A DNA stretch of 64,000 nucleotides, from NCBI RefSeq assembly GCF_037042905.1, contig NC_087245.1:43214001-43278000 (forward strand), written 5' to 3'. This document shows, one piece after another, positions 47,854 to 60,687 of this stretch. Both the position numbers and the translations under genes were made by a program. The stretch is from Lytechinus pictus. Taxonomy: Eukaryota. Under the pieces are notes generated by a model. That model saw only the letters and a program-made list of their open reading frames with translations, was not told where the DNA came from and did no database searches. How positions within the stretch are numbered: the stretch's first letter is position 1; each line of letters begins with the position of its first letter.

Positions 47854-48464
47854 CCGTATGGGTACTAGTATTCAACCCGGCATAATTCAAAGATTTTGAC
47901 ATATTCCCCAAAATATTTAGAAATAGGGAATTTATCTTAATTTCGTACCTTTGTTATTTCCAGGGTAATCTGTTGTCGATATTTTCTTTGTCAATCTGTC
48001 GACTGTATGCGCGGAGGATCGAATTATGCGGCGATGGCCTTTTGCACTGAATGGTACTAGTATTCAACCTAGTGAGGATTGATAGCAAATCTCAAAAGGG
48101 TTTAGATTGCTAAATTAGATCTAGATCTATGTAAGTCTCTGGCTTTGATTAATTCCCTGTTTGGTCTCATCTCAAATGGTCTAGTCCATAGTCGGATGCG
48201 ACAAGGGCAGATTTAGAGACAGGGCCATCTTTCATCGCTAGGTTGAATACTAGTACCGACGGGTTGAATACTAGTACCAAAATCCGTCGCCGTATAATTC
48301 GATCGCCCGCGCACACAGTCAACTGGTTGAAGAAAAAAATAACGGAAAAAGAATAACCAGCATTTGCTCTTGGAAATAAGACGGGTCTGAAATTCAGGTA
48401 AATTCTATATTTCTATATATTTGAGGAAACTCTCCAAACGGGTTGAATACTAGTGCCCTTACGG
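47854..48464. mobile_element. Tc1/mariner-type (TA TSD) MITE
   Basis: TA|CCGTATGGGTACTAGTATTCAACCCG...CGGGTTGAATACTAGTGCCCTTACGG|TA. The GTACTAGTATTCAACC motif recurs internally near 48054, 48241 and 48262. Confidence 0.75.
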
Positions 48465-49468
48465 TACAGGGATCATATTTTGTCCATAGAATTTGGAAAT
48501 TCATTAATTTGGCTAATTTAGGCAAATTGTACTATAAGTAGGCCTACACAGTTTTCCTTTATTGTGCCTTGAACTTTTAGCAGGTGACACGTGTGTTCTG
48601 TTAACACTCCATTAAGCGTTTAACCGCCGACCGTGCCTGCAGGCACGCTTCCGTGAAATGGAAGCATGTCTTCATGTGACACATTATAAACAGAGTAAAA
48701 AACACCTAATATCTTAGAAATTGGTATCAATAGAAAGTATCTAGAGTAAATTCCTGTTATTTTGATATGTAATTTGATGATTTTTATAAAGTATTTGTTT
48801 ATCTTTTATGTTAACTAAAAACCAGTAAAATTTTGGATCAAAATGACGTAAGAATGTACACAAAACGCATACAGATAGGCAGGTCCAGTATAAATGCAAT
48901 TTAGTATTTATGTTGAGTGTGTTACCATAGCAACGATTATTGACATAATAAAAACAAGAATTCCTATGATAAGAGTAATTCGTATTATTACTTATTTGTT
49001 GATTTACAGGATGTCTAATTAAAAAGGAAAAAAAAGCAACTGGCCGACCCCGCCCGCCGCCCCTAAAATAGGATTTTTCCAATTTTGGGGCCCTTTTTTT
49101 GCGTGCCGATATTATCTTCATAACTCCAGTTAGGATCAATGGTATTTTGTGATTTTGGTGTCTACATAAAGCTGATAATAAGGCCAATCTTATTAGTAGA
49201 ATCACAAATTTACATCTTTATCACTAAATTGCATATTCTTTTAAAAATACAAAAAATTTAAAAATTATTATCTGTTTATTTGGTTACCATAGCAACACAC
49301 TGAATGAGTTTTCCTTCCAAGAAGATTCTGCTAGGATCGAAGGCTCAGGCCCCTTTTTGACTCAGGTTATTTATTTATTTTTACGAAGAATGCATGATTT
49401 TGCCTTTTGAAGTACTGGATCTCATGATATCATGTGACTACTTATGTTTTATACTTTCGACATGACAG

Positions 49469-50640
49469 GAGCATTTCTTCTCAGAAAATGAAGGATTCAT
49501 TGAGTACAGATTCAAGAATATGAGGCCGAATGGCAAACAGGGTAAGAAGAGGAAGCATGCCAAATCAGATGATCACAAACAAGAAGATGTGATAGTGGAT
49601 GAGGAATTACTTCAAGATGAAGAATTACAAGAAAAGGTGTGAGAAATATAAATCTTGTTACAGTGTTGATTCCTGCAAAATAATATGTGAAATAAGATGG
49701 GTGGCTGACTGAAAGACTTGTCTGAGTTTAAATAAACTGATTAGAAAAGATAATTCAAGATATTCTTAAAGCACAAATATAGTTTTGGTAAGGAAAAAGT
49801 AGAAAAATAAAACTTGCTCTATATTTGAAAAGACATTATCAAAAGTATTTTCGAACAGCTTTCACGCTTTGAACCGAAGTCAGATTAATGATTTTACAAT
49901 AATTACACCTTGCAAACTGTACATGTAGTTATTATATGTATAGATTTGTTCGAAAGTCCTCCGAACAATTAAAAATAAGTCAAATAAATTATTAAAAAGT
50001 AAAAAAAGAGATTCAAAGCAAATTATTATTGGTCAATGACTTGCCTTGATAATCATTCTTTCATTCTCAAGTTTGTTTCATCAATCTGAGTGACAATGCA
50101 CATTTGGAAAGCTCTAATAGGTGATTTCATACAGTTAACATTTAACGAAATTATATTGACAAATGTTGTGAAATCTATTTCTCATGTCGATATTGGCATG
50201 GTTTCTGTCATTTTGATGATGTATTTGCCATGTCAATGGCATCCCTAGTATGCATGCACATCTGTGTAATGTATGCAGAATAGCTCAAAATACGAGATCA
50301 AGGGGGCACTAAATTAAAGGCACGTTTAGAAGTAATACAAAGAGTATGTCCAAGGCAATAAAAGTGCCTTACATGTACATGCAGGTTATTTTGATGGTTG
50401 AAATAATACGGTAACTTCTGTCTTTCAGGTTAACTGAAAGAAGCACACAGTTCCCACTGCAGCAAGTAAGGGGAAAATTATCAAATTTTTAAAAGACACT
50501 GCTGCTTATCGTCAAATGATGCTAAAGAAGAGGACAGACATTACCATTACAGACTTCATCACCACCTTTCCAAGGATACAAGAGATGCCAGAACTTTGTC
50601 CAAAATACTCCAGTCTGATTAAGGTTAAACTTTCATTTTC
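49469..50640 (+). pseudogene. Remnant exons of the C accessory gene
   Basis: Exon 49469-49636 (EHFFSENEGFIEYRFKNMR..., compare D SGYIEMRLRNVR) and an exon from 50429 (VN*KKHT...FLKDTAAYRQ...FPRIQEMPEL, compare D KWLQDH...MRDTCKAR...FPRLIDTEGM). In-frame TGA at 50435; downstream exons are missing. Confidence 0.75.
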
Positions 50641-50924
50641 ATATTTATTTTGCTCTTTTTTGTCTCACCTGAACACAGTTCAGCAGAGACTTAATCACGG
50701 TCTCTGTTGGTCTGTTATTCTGTTACAACAATCTGAAAGTTTTTGTTTAACTTGCTCTCATTTCTTTATTTCTGCAATTTAAGAATTTGAGTACACATGA
50801 CTATAATTAATTATGCCATGAAGTTATTTACTGTGACACTGATTAGCGCTGAAACACAACTTGCATTGTAAACTCTTTCAATATTATACATTGCCTGGTC
50901 ACTTATTCCTTCCTTATTACATAG

Positions 50925-51393
50925 GATCGAACTTCTTCCTTAGTTTTGAACAAATACTCATGAAATTTGGCACATACATTGGTCTTGGTGTGAGGATGTT
51001 CAGGACACATTTTCCACATGTTTCGGAAACTGTGTTGCCATGTCAGAAAATTTTGTAAAAATCTTGCGGATCGAACTGTACTTCCTCAGTTTTCAACCAA
51101 TACTCATGAAATTTGGCACATACATTGGTCTTGGTGTGAGGATGTGCAAGACACATTTTTCACATGTTTCGGAAACTGTTGCCATGGTAACGGCACATAT
51201 AATGTCAGAAAATTTGGTAAAAATCTTGCGGATCGAACTACTTCCTCAGTTTTCAACCAATTTGGCACAAACATTTGTCTTGGTGTGAGGATGTGCAAGA
51301 CACATTTTTCACGTGTCGAAAATCGTGTTGTCATGGTAACAGCATGTTATTGATGGGGCGGGGTATTAATCACCTTCGGTGATATTTCTAGTT
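50925..51393 (+). mobile_element. HINE/Tsp-type element, 3' part with about 3 tandem units
   Basis: Repeats of GGATCGAACT...GAAATTTGGCACATACATTGGTCTTGGTGTGAGGATG; the end ATCACCttcGGTGATATTTCTAGTT resembles 27738-27762. Confidence 0.6.
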
Positions 51394-51892
51394 CACCTTA
51401 TAATTGTACAGAATATTTAATGTTTCTACTTTCATTATATTGATTGTACAATGGTCTTCATAATCACATTACACTCTGATGTGTATTGTTGCAATGTAAA
51501 TAATTCTTTGAAAGCATTGAATTTTGAATGTTAACTGAAATGTGTATTGTTGCAATGTAAATAATGCTTTGAAAGCATTGAATTTTGAATGTTAACTGAT
51601 GAAACGTTTTGAAAATAAAGCTGTAAAAGCACCCATTTCTTAATTTCATATTGTGTACTGTTTTTTAGATTGTGAAAGTGTTAATCTAGAAAGGGATTTA
51701 TAGTTAATTTATAACTGATTAGTTTTTAATCTAATTTGATTATGATTGATGTAATCTTCCTGAAGATTAAAAATGAGTAATCCAAGAAAATTTTACTTTT
51801 TAATCTGAAGTGATTTGTCCCTCAGGACAATCTGAGCTGGATTAAAAAATTAATCTATTTGATTACAATTATAATCGCTCGAATTTAGAGAG

Positions 51893-52387
51893 TAACTTTC
51901 GTTTTACCACAGTTGAAAAGTGGTTATTCACCATTATTTTAATAATGGTTTTAACCGTAGTTTTATGAGAGTGCATAAAAGATAGTAATAAAACCATGAT
52001 TTAACCATGGTTGTATGATAGCATAAGAACAGCGGTTAATGGTCCATGGTTACCCTTTCATTTTACCAAAGTTTAAAACGATGGTTTTTCATCATGACTT
52101 TAGCTATGGTTTTATAATAGTTTGAAAACGATGGTTATGAAACAGTGGTTTTATGATTTTGTAAAAACGATAGTTCTGAAAACGTGGTTGAAATCGCAGA
52201 TGTATGATAGCGCAAAAACCATGGTTATAAAACCACGGTTAAACTTCCCTCTTACCAAGATTGCAAAGGCATATACACCATTGTTTATGATAGATTGAAA
52301 ACGATGGTTAGGAAAAATGGTTTGACCCTGGTTTTGTATGCTATCATGCAACGGTTAAAACCATGGTTTTTATACACTATCATACAG
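51893..52387. repeat. CCATGG-rich repeat array, segment 3
   Basis: Same units as segments 1 and 2; the last ~60 bp appear inverted. Confidence 0.88.
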
Positions 52388-52389
52388 CA

Positions 52390-52975
52390 ATCATTAAAAC
52401 GTATCCAGAACACGGCTGCTCGGCTTGTAACTCGTTCCAGAAAGCACGACAACATCACCCCTATCCTCCGTTCTCTTCACTGGCTTCCTGTCTCTGCACG
52501 TATCATCTTCAAAATCTTGATTCTAACTTACAAAACCCAACATGGTCAAGCCCCTTCTTATATTACCGACCTTCTCTCACCCAGGATCCCGACAACCTCC
52601 ATTCGACTCCGATCTTCCACACATCTTCATCTGCACCTGGCCCAAGGACCCAGCGCTCGGACAAGGTATGGGAACCGAGCATTTAGTGTTGTTGCTCCAA
52701 AGCTTTGGAATGACCTTCCCATAGAATTGAGGGATGCCCCGTCATTCGAATCATTCAAAGCTTCTCTCAAAACTTACCTTTACAATTCTTCCTTTAAGTT
52801 TTAAGTAAATTTTGTCAATATCAAACGATTATTCCTAATTTATTTCTTGTTTGTTTATGTGTGTTATACTGTTCAATGTTATTGATGTATGCTACTTAAT
52901 CGTTTTGTAAAGCGCTTAGAAACACCACATGTATTAAGCGCTATATAAATACAATGTATTATTATTATTATTATT
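52390..52975 (+). mobile_element. 5'-truncated non-LTR retrotransposon, L2/CR1 group (ORF2 C-terminus, 3' UTR, (TTA)n tail)
   Basis: LKRIQNTAARLV...HDNITPILRSLHWLPVSARIIFKIL...GNRAFSVVAPKLWNDLP...FKASLKTYL; tail AAGCGCTATATAAAT...(TTA)n. Confidence 0.88.
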
Positions 52976-53429
52976 TGGCTTTATATCTGGATAATAGTAC
53001 AATAACACTTAGTCATAACCAATATACATGTAGACATGGCTGTGTAATACTTATGGAAAACATACCATGCAAGTCTATCATTATGCCAGAATGTTCAGAT
53101 GTACATGTATAGTGAAGAATTATTCACTGACGTCGATATACTACGTACTGATGCTATGGTGTTGTAGTATGATATGGTTACACAAAGCCGAGTTATGAAC
53201 CAATCAATGAATTAATAATTTTTTTTCTGTACAGGGAGCTGATAAATTTACATTGTTCACGTCATCTTGTCCATGATGGTGCATGGCCAACGAGGCTTGC
53301 TGATAAGCTTACTCACTGACCCCTGAAATTAATTTGAATATTTAAATTCTTAAATGAGAACGACTGAAATTTAAATGGCATTTAATGGACATTTGATGTA
53401 CATTCTTGTTCTCTCTCACTTTTTTTTCC

Positions 53430-53492
53430 CAATGCGCTTAGAAACTGTTGTATTAAGCGCTATATAAATGTTAATTATTATTATTATTATTT
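53430..53492 (+). mobile_element. Short L2-type LINE/SINE 3' end
   Basis: GCGCTTAGAAAC...GTATTAAGCGCTATATAAAT...(TTA)n, the same tail as 52910-52975. Confidence 0.7.
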
Positions 53493-54779
53493 ATATGTAT
53501 TATGAATATCAATGCTCAACTCTCAACACAGTTTCAGAAATTCCTTTCAGTATTAGAAGTTTATCTACACTGTAAAAAATTGCTGTAATTTGTACGGTAA
53601 ATTGATGTAAATTTTAACAGTAAGATACTGTAATGATGATTTTACAGTAATTTGCCGTATTATTCAGGCGGTTCACGGTAATTTACAGCAATCATTCGAA
53701 TTCTTTTTTGGGGAGATCAACTTTACAGTAATTTACTGTAATTGAGCACGCGAAATGCATTCTGGGATACAACACGTCACACGCGCATGCGCCTCTTACT
53801 CGGCGCGGAGCATGAATTCTTGCAAAATTTCGAGTGTCAGATCGACAAGAAGTGCCGTCGGAACTGCTGTTGTTTTGAATTCAACTTTACGTCTCCGGTC
53901 AAGTACACATTCCCTGGTAAGTAGTGATATTTTCATCCTGTAGATCCGTCACATGTAGAAATGTTTTGTTGAACTGTTTTACATATAATGTAATCTTTCA
54001 TGGAACTCTGACATTCACCATCCTCACTTTTCGCGCGCTCTCTCTGTTGTCTATGAAGATGTATGTGTTAATGTGTGTTGTGCGGATGTTGTCTACGGAA
54101 GATGTGTACTGTGTAGATTTAGACTTAGAGTTGTGCGGGGTGTTGACTCAAATTTCGACTGTTTTTAACTTGCTAAAAAATAGTAAAGACCTATGCATAG
54201 AAATTTGGTATGTGTTGAAATTATCATTAAAATGCCTCTTAGCAATTCCATCATATCGACTAAATTCCATTACGCTACTTTTTGCTAGATCAGCTAGATA
54301 GATTGCATCGGATTCCGATGTCTGCACGCAGTTTAGCCATGCAACCCTGGCCATACTCGTACAGTACATGTACAGTACAGTCGTGCAGCGCAGCATGCAG
54401 TGCTAGTGCTGTGTGGTGCGAGCTATAGCTAGCTAGCCGCGTCAGCGCATGCATGCAGCGCTAGCGATATGGCAAGGAGTTCCGGCCGATCGACCGTGGG
54501 CAATCGTCTGTTACAGTCTGGTCTTTTGTATTGTGACGTCATTACTGTTTGAAAGCGTGCGCGTGCATATAATTAGCCAAGGATGGGGAAGGGGGATACT
54601 CCCATGAATTCATATGTGTCTTTTTCACAATGTAACACATATATATTTCCTTTGCTATTGCAGTTTTTACACTTTGATAATGGTAAACTTTTCTTGAAAA
54701 TATAGACTTATCCATTTGTAAATATTTTTAAAGTTGATCACAAATAACACACAAACAAATTTTTTTTCCAACTCTATAT

Positions 54780-55280
54780 TTCTACTTCTCGGTTCTCCAC
54801 TTTTTTGTTTTGTCCTTTTCTTCCCGCTGCTTCTAATTATTCACCTCCTTTGTCTTCTTTCTTCACCAATTTCTTCTCCTTTGCCTTCCTTCTTGCCACC
54901 TCCCCTTTCCTTTTTTTTTCATTTCCTCTTTTAATATTCTAATTAATTCTTATCTCTTCTTTTGGCTTCTACTTCTCATATCTCTTCCATCTTGTCAAAC
55001 TCTTTCTCATTTTGCTTCTTACTCATTCCATGTCTATCTTCTTGTCCCCTATCTCCCTCCCCTCCTGCCCAGGACCCTACTCATTCAACTTATTATTTTT
55101 TCTATTTTTTCCCTCTCTCTCTTCCTCCAGTACTTCTCCACCCTCTTCGTCTTGAGTATAATCACTTCCTCTTTCTCCTCCCCCCTATTATCTCATTCTT
55201 CTTGTCGTCAACCTAATTCTCCTTTTTTTATCCTTTCTCTTCATTTTTACCTTTCTCTATCTTGTCCTCTTCCACCAGCC
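54780..55280. repeat. Pyrimidine-rich low-complexity tract
   Basis: C/T-rich on the + strand; the ORFs over it are compositional artefacts. Confidence 0.8.
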
Positions 55281-57879
55281 TCATATTGTGGTTCTGTCTT
55301 ATTATACCCCACTATGGTAGCAGTGCATTTATGCTAGGCCTTTGCCTTAAGGTGCCTTGAGGCCAATTTTTTCAATTCCTATGGCCTTGAACTTTCATGC
55401 CTTGGCCTTGAGGATTTGAAGCCTTGAAAACTTAAGGCACTTTCATGGCTTTGTGAGATTTTTACCATTTCTGAATGTCAATATTAATCAGCACTGAAGA
55501 AATCCGCTGAAATATCTTGCTTTGGATAGGTAGCCTGGAGGCACAAAGTTAACCATAATTAATTTTTCTGTGATTTTTTCTTTTCATAATCATGTAAGTT
55601 TTTTCATTCCCTTTCATGCATTTTATGTTCTTTAAGTCAAGTAATAATTCAATATAGTTTGAGTGACTATAATGCGGACACTGAGGACTTTTAGAAATAT
55701 GAGTTGTTTAAAAGCATTATGCATGATAGACTCGTACCAAGACTATATGAAGAGGTGGTCATAATTCTGCCAAACGGTCATGTCATTGGGTGGTTTCTGG
55801 GTGAGTCCATAAACAGGACTTGGACTGCAAATTAAAGTGCTTCTTAGAAAAGCAAACTTTAAAAGTCTTTGCTGGTGTGCAGGGTGGGAGGTTGTTCTAC
55901 TTCCTCGACCCCCCCCCCTTTGGGTACGGGCATGCATTACAGTTCCTGTTTTCATGTCCTGATAAAAAAATAGAGTCTTCTTGATCAAAACACACATTTG
56001 CTCAATTGCATTTTTAGTCATCTTTTAGTCATCGCTGTCTAAATTTCACATTATTTTCATGAAAGAGTACATGAGTCATAGTACCAGAGTGTTGCAAAGG
56101 CTGCAACTACCAAAGTGTTGGGTCTTTTTTAACCGAAAATCATGGCTGTTTTTTTTTTTTCGTGCTCCTTTTCCTTGCTGCATAGCATTGTGTCTTTTTC
56201 AAGGGGAGGGTGTTATATTTGATGCACATTGCACCTTGTTTCTATAACTTTGTGCATATTATGAGTCCTCAAATATATTCGTTGACTACAGCCTTGGGTG
56301 GTTAATCCTTAGCTTTGGCCTTGGATTTGTCTACAGTCCACACCACTTAACCCGCCAAACATAATGTACAGTACATGTACAGGTAGCTTGTAGGGGGAAT
56401 ATACATGTAGGAATCAGCGTGATGTTGGTTGGTCAAGCCGTCTGTTGCAAAATATGGCCTTGCAAACTCCTCCTCCAGTTTTGAAGCAATTTGAATGAAA
56501 CTTAGGGTAAATTATAAAATTGAGGTAAAGATGTTGAAAACTTGCTTTTTGTGTTTTCGGGCTATGCATTGCCATGGTAATCACAATTTTACCAAAACCC
56601 TTGCAAAGCAGATTACTTCCACAGTATTTAAGCAATTCATTTCAAATTCGGTATGTGTGATGATCTAAAGGTGTAGTTATGCAAGACAATCTTTGTCTGT
56701 GTACGGACAAAGCATTGCCATGGTAACCACATGTGAAAATCTTGTGAAGTGAATAACTTCCACATGCAAGTTTGAAGCAATTGAAATTTAATTGGGTAGG
56801 CTATTATGGCATTCATGTAAAGAAGGGGAAAACATTTTTTTTGGGGGGGAGGGGGGTATCAGACAATGCTTTGTCATGGCAACTACAATTTTACCAAAAT
56901 ATTGCAGATCATGTAACTTTCACAGCTTTTGAGCAATTTGGGTCATGTTCAGTATTATTGTGCAGATCGAGGCTCTACAGGTAAACTTGTGCAAAATCTC
57001 CATTGTGTTTGATATGCCCAAAGCATTTTCATTATACCAAAGAGAGCACCATTTTTAAGAGGGTGAAACATTCTTTCTCGAGCACATGTATACTACATGT
57101 GCTCAGAAAGAATATTATGCCTTAGAAAGAAATTTATAACCCAAACATTTTTTGAGGAGTTCATCGATGTTCCACATCTGAAGTTAATTTGTAATTAAAT
57201 TTATGGCAGATGTCGATAGGTCTTATTTTCAAATAGATATCAGGCAGTGTTAAATTCCTTTCGACAAAATGAAGGGGACCTAAAGGTACGCACATATAAT
57301 AAGTGTATGCCTATTTTGATTTTGAAGCTGACTGGTTTGAATCTTACTCCAATTTCTAAGTAAATGTATTACCAAGTTTAAAGCAAAATTAATGATTCTT
57401 TTGCGCTTCCCTTGAAGAAATTCCCATTGCTTGGTCACATCGGATGGTGCATTGAAGGTATTGCATTGTGCATATTTTCTGATTAGCTGCTTAGCTTTAG
57501 GACCCTGGCCATAAAATAATGTCTTCGGCACCCTTCAGGGCAGATTCATATATGAGTGTTTTTTCATTTCTTAATTATTGGTTCACCAAGAAAAAAATAA
57601 AATTATGTATAGTCTTAAAACAATTATATTTCAGTTAGCTTCCTGTTTTCAGTTAGCTTACTGTAATCACTTTTTCAAACTAAGGCTGGTAAATCCTAAG
57701 ACGAGTAGAAATCTAATCTACTGAAGATGTACAATGTAATTTCATGCATATTTCTCCAGTGAATTGAACTAATCTTTTTTTTCTCTCTCTCCTTTTTTCT
57801 TTCCTGCAGTTTCTCATGGACGATTTATGCAGTGTCCCAACTGACAAATGCAGACGGATTATGTGCAATTCATTCATCT

Positions 57880-60560
57880 ATGTACATTTGTAAGCTGTGC
57901 ACTTATTCAACGGATTCGTTAAAGCAGTTTTCAGATCACTTTAAAGTACATAGGAACGTAGCAAATTTTGACTTTCCTTGTGGAGTCCCAGGCTGCTGTC
58001 GCACATTCAGGCATTATTCATCTTTCAAAGCCCATGTATATAGAGACCATCAACATCTTTCCAGGAAGCACGCAGTTCAGCATGTACATATTACCTTGTA
58101 TTGTCCACTTTGTGCTGTGAAGTTTACAGAAATCTCTGACGTTCTTTCTCATCTTAAAGGCCATATTTCTAGTGGAGTTGCGGTACCATGCCCTTTTGCA
58201 CATTGCCAAAAACAGTTTTCTGTGAAATCTTCTTTTTCGTCACATATTTCGAGACAACATAGTAAGCGCCAAGTTGAGTTTTTGTCAGAATCGGTTTTGC
58301 GAGAAAAATATAAAGCTCTTACTGAATCAAACCCTGCTGAGGAGGATGATCAAGAATTTCCAGATGAAGAAATCTTGCATTGCACTGATGATGTAAAGGT
58401 AGATGATACTGAAGAGGATGTATTTGTAACTAATGATGTATTCAAAGAAAACTTAGCACTATTTTACTTGAAATTGGAAGCCAAATTCTTGTTACCTAGT
58501 TCTACAATTCAAGAAATTGTTAATTCATTTCAAGAAATACATTCTCTGAGTAACAGCAATTTGCTGCAGGAATTAAGACAGAGACTGAAGGCATTAGATA
58601 TTCCTGAGCATGAGCTCACTGATCTGCTGACTGTATTTACAACGGAAGATTTGCTGAATCCTACCAACTGTAGCTATTTCAGATCAGATTGCACAAGGAC
58701 ATCATACTTCAAATCGAAGTTTAACTATGTTCATCCTCTGGAAATTTACTTGGGCGTGGACCAATGTGGTCGGCAACGGTATTGCCAGTATGTTCCAATA
58801 CGAGAAACCCTGTTAGCCTTGTTCAAACAAAACTCTTTCATTCAGAATTACAACAAAACTCATCGTGATCATCCTGTAAGAAAGACAGTTCTAGAAGATG
58901 TTTATGATGGTCAGACTTTCTTAAAAGGTGATAGTAGTAAGGATGACACAGCGGTCACACTCATTCTGTATCAAGATTCTTTTGAAGTGGTAAATCCTCT
59001 AGGCTCGGGGAGAAAAAAGCACAAGATGTTAGCTGTCTATGCAACACTTGCTGATATACAGCCCCACAATAGATCAAATATTGATCATATGCAATTGGTG
59101 TTGCTCTGCAGAGAACAAGACTATAAGGAATTCGGAGCGAGTGCTGTCTTTGGTCGTCTTGTTGTGATCTTCAGCTGCTAGAAGATAATGGTATTGTACT
59201 AGATGACAACACATGCGTCAAAGGTACACTTCTCGCTATTGCAGGAGACAACCTTGGGTCACATAACTTAGGAGGATTTACTGAGAACTTTAGCACAAGT
59301 CACTTCTTTTGCCGCTATTGCGTTCTTCCAAGGAACTCCTTTATAGTGGATCCGGTTACAACAGGTGGTATCAGAACAAAGGAACAATACCAACAAGCTG
59401 TACAAGCTACAGATACTGAAGAAAGTGAAAGATGCGGTGTCAAGTTTGATTCCATTTTCAATAAACTGTCAACCTTTCACGTCTGCAAACCTGGATTGCC
59501 ACCATGTTTAGGTCATGATTTATTTGAAGGAATCGTCTCTGTTGACTTGTCATTGTTCCTCAGTGATCTCATACGAGTGAAGAAGTATTTCACTTATGCA
59601 CAGTTGAACAGGTTAATAACTCGATTCACTTATCTTAGTAGTGACATCAACAACAAACCCTGTACAGTCAATGAGAGTGGAAAAAAACTTGGAGGACATG
59701 CAGTCCAGAACTGGTGCTTGTTAAGACTGCTTCCCCTAATAGTTGGCAACAGAATAAAGAATCCCGTAGATGATGAGGTATGGCAGCTTTGTTTGACACT
59801 TAGGGAAATAGTTGAACTAATTTGTGCGCCAACAATATCAACAAATCAGATAGCACATCTGAAGATACTTATTGAAGGCTATCTCAGTGATGTATGCGAC
59901 AAATTTCCAAGTTACTCTCTTAGACCAAAGCATCACTTCATCCTCCATTATCCTTGGCTAATTACACAGTTTGGACCTTTGATACGACTGTGGACATTAA
60001 GATTTGAGAGTAAACATACCTTCTTTAAGCAATGCTGTGGGAAACTTAAGAATTTCAAGAACTTGTGCAAGACGCTAGCACACAAACATCAACTGTTGCA
60101 GGCCTACTTGGGTGCATGTTTTTTGTTTCCCCCTACCTTGATAGTAGAGAAGAGCTTGCCTTTCACGCCAAATGTGTATTGTGAGAAGATAAAGACTTGT
60201 ATTTCAAAGTGTAGTTTCTATGGCCAGCATGTTGAAGTTGCACACAAAGTAATATTTAAGGGCACAATCTACAAGAAAGGTTTGTTTGTTGTTCTCGATC
60301 GACATGGAGACAATCTTAGTTTGGGACGAATTGAATTTGCATTGATTCACTCGGATTTGCCGTACTTTGTGACACAGGTGTACAACGCAGCATTTCTTAT
60401 AGACATTGGAGTGTATTGTCTTGAGGATAATGACGATGACCAAGAATTCAGATGTGTTGGTGTAGACAAGCTGCTTGATTTCTACCCATTGCCAGTGTAC
60501 AAAGTTTTTGGATGCTCCCTCATACCTTTACATCATGCTGTTGTAGACGACGGATCGTAA
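57880..60560 (+). CDS. EnSpm/CACTA transposase of E (893 aa when restored), one frameshift at about 59165
   Basis: Four C2H2 fingers and LYQDSFEVVNPLGSGRKKHKM. After the shift: DLQLLEDNG...AGDNLGSH, CRYC, PPCLGHDLFEG, PKHHFILHY and WTLRFESKH. Confidence 0.92.
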
Positions 60561-60687
60561 AGTAACAGGTCTTTGTAGCAAACTCTTGTGTCAGGATTTG
60601 GCATTGACCTATGTAGTACAGTTTACATGTACATAATATTTGACAGGTAGCAAATGTACATATTGGTGCTCATCAGGTACATATATT

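Larger units (their letters stand above)
22282..51892 (+). mobile_element. EnSpm/CACTA-like element C: internally deleted, no transposase of its own, contains nested D
   Basis: Imperfect TIRs, 5' CTCTCTTAATTTGCGCGATTA and 3' TAATCGCTCGAATTTAGAGAG, with TA at 22280-22281 and 51893-51894. The empty site ACCATGGTTTAACTTTCGTTTTACCACAGTTGAAAA fits the array unit. GATTA/TAATC subterminal repeats and accessory-gene exons inside. Confidence 0.8.

Noticed and set aside
48741-49205. 154-aa minus-strand ORF
   Set aside because: AT-rich, no recognisable motif or splice context, and lies in intronic repeat-like sequence.
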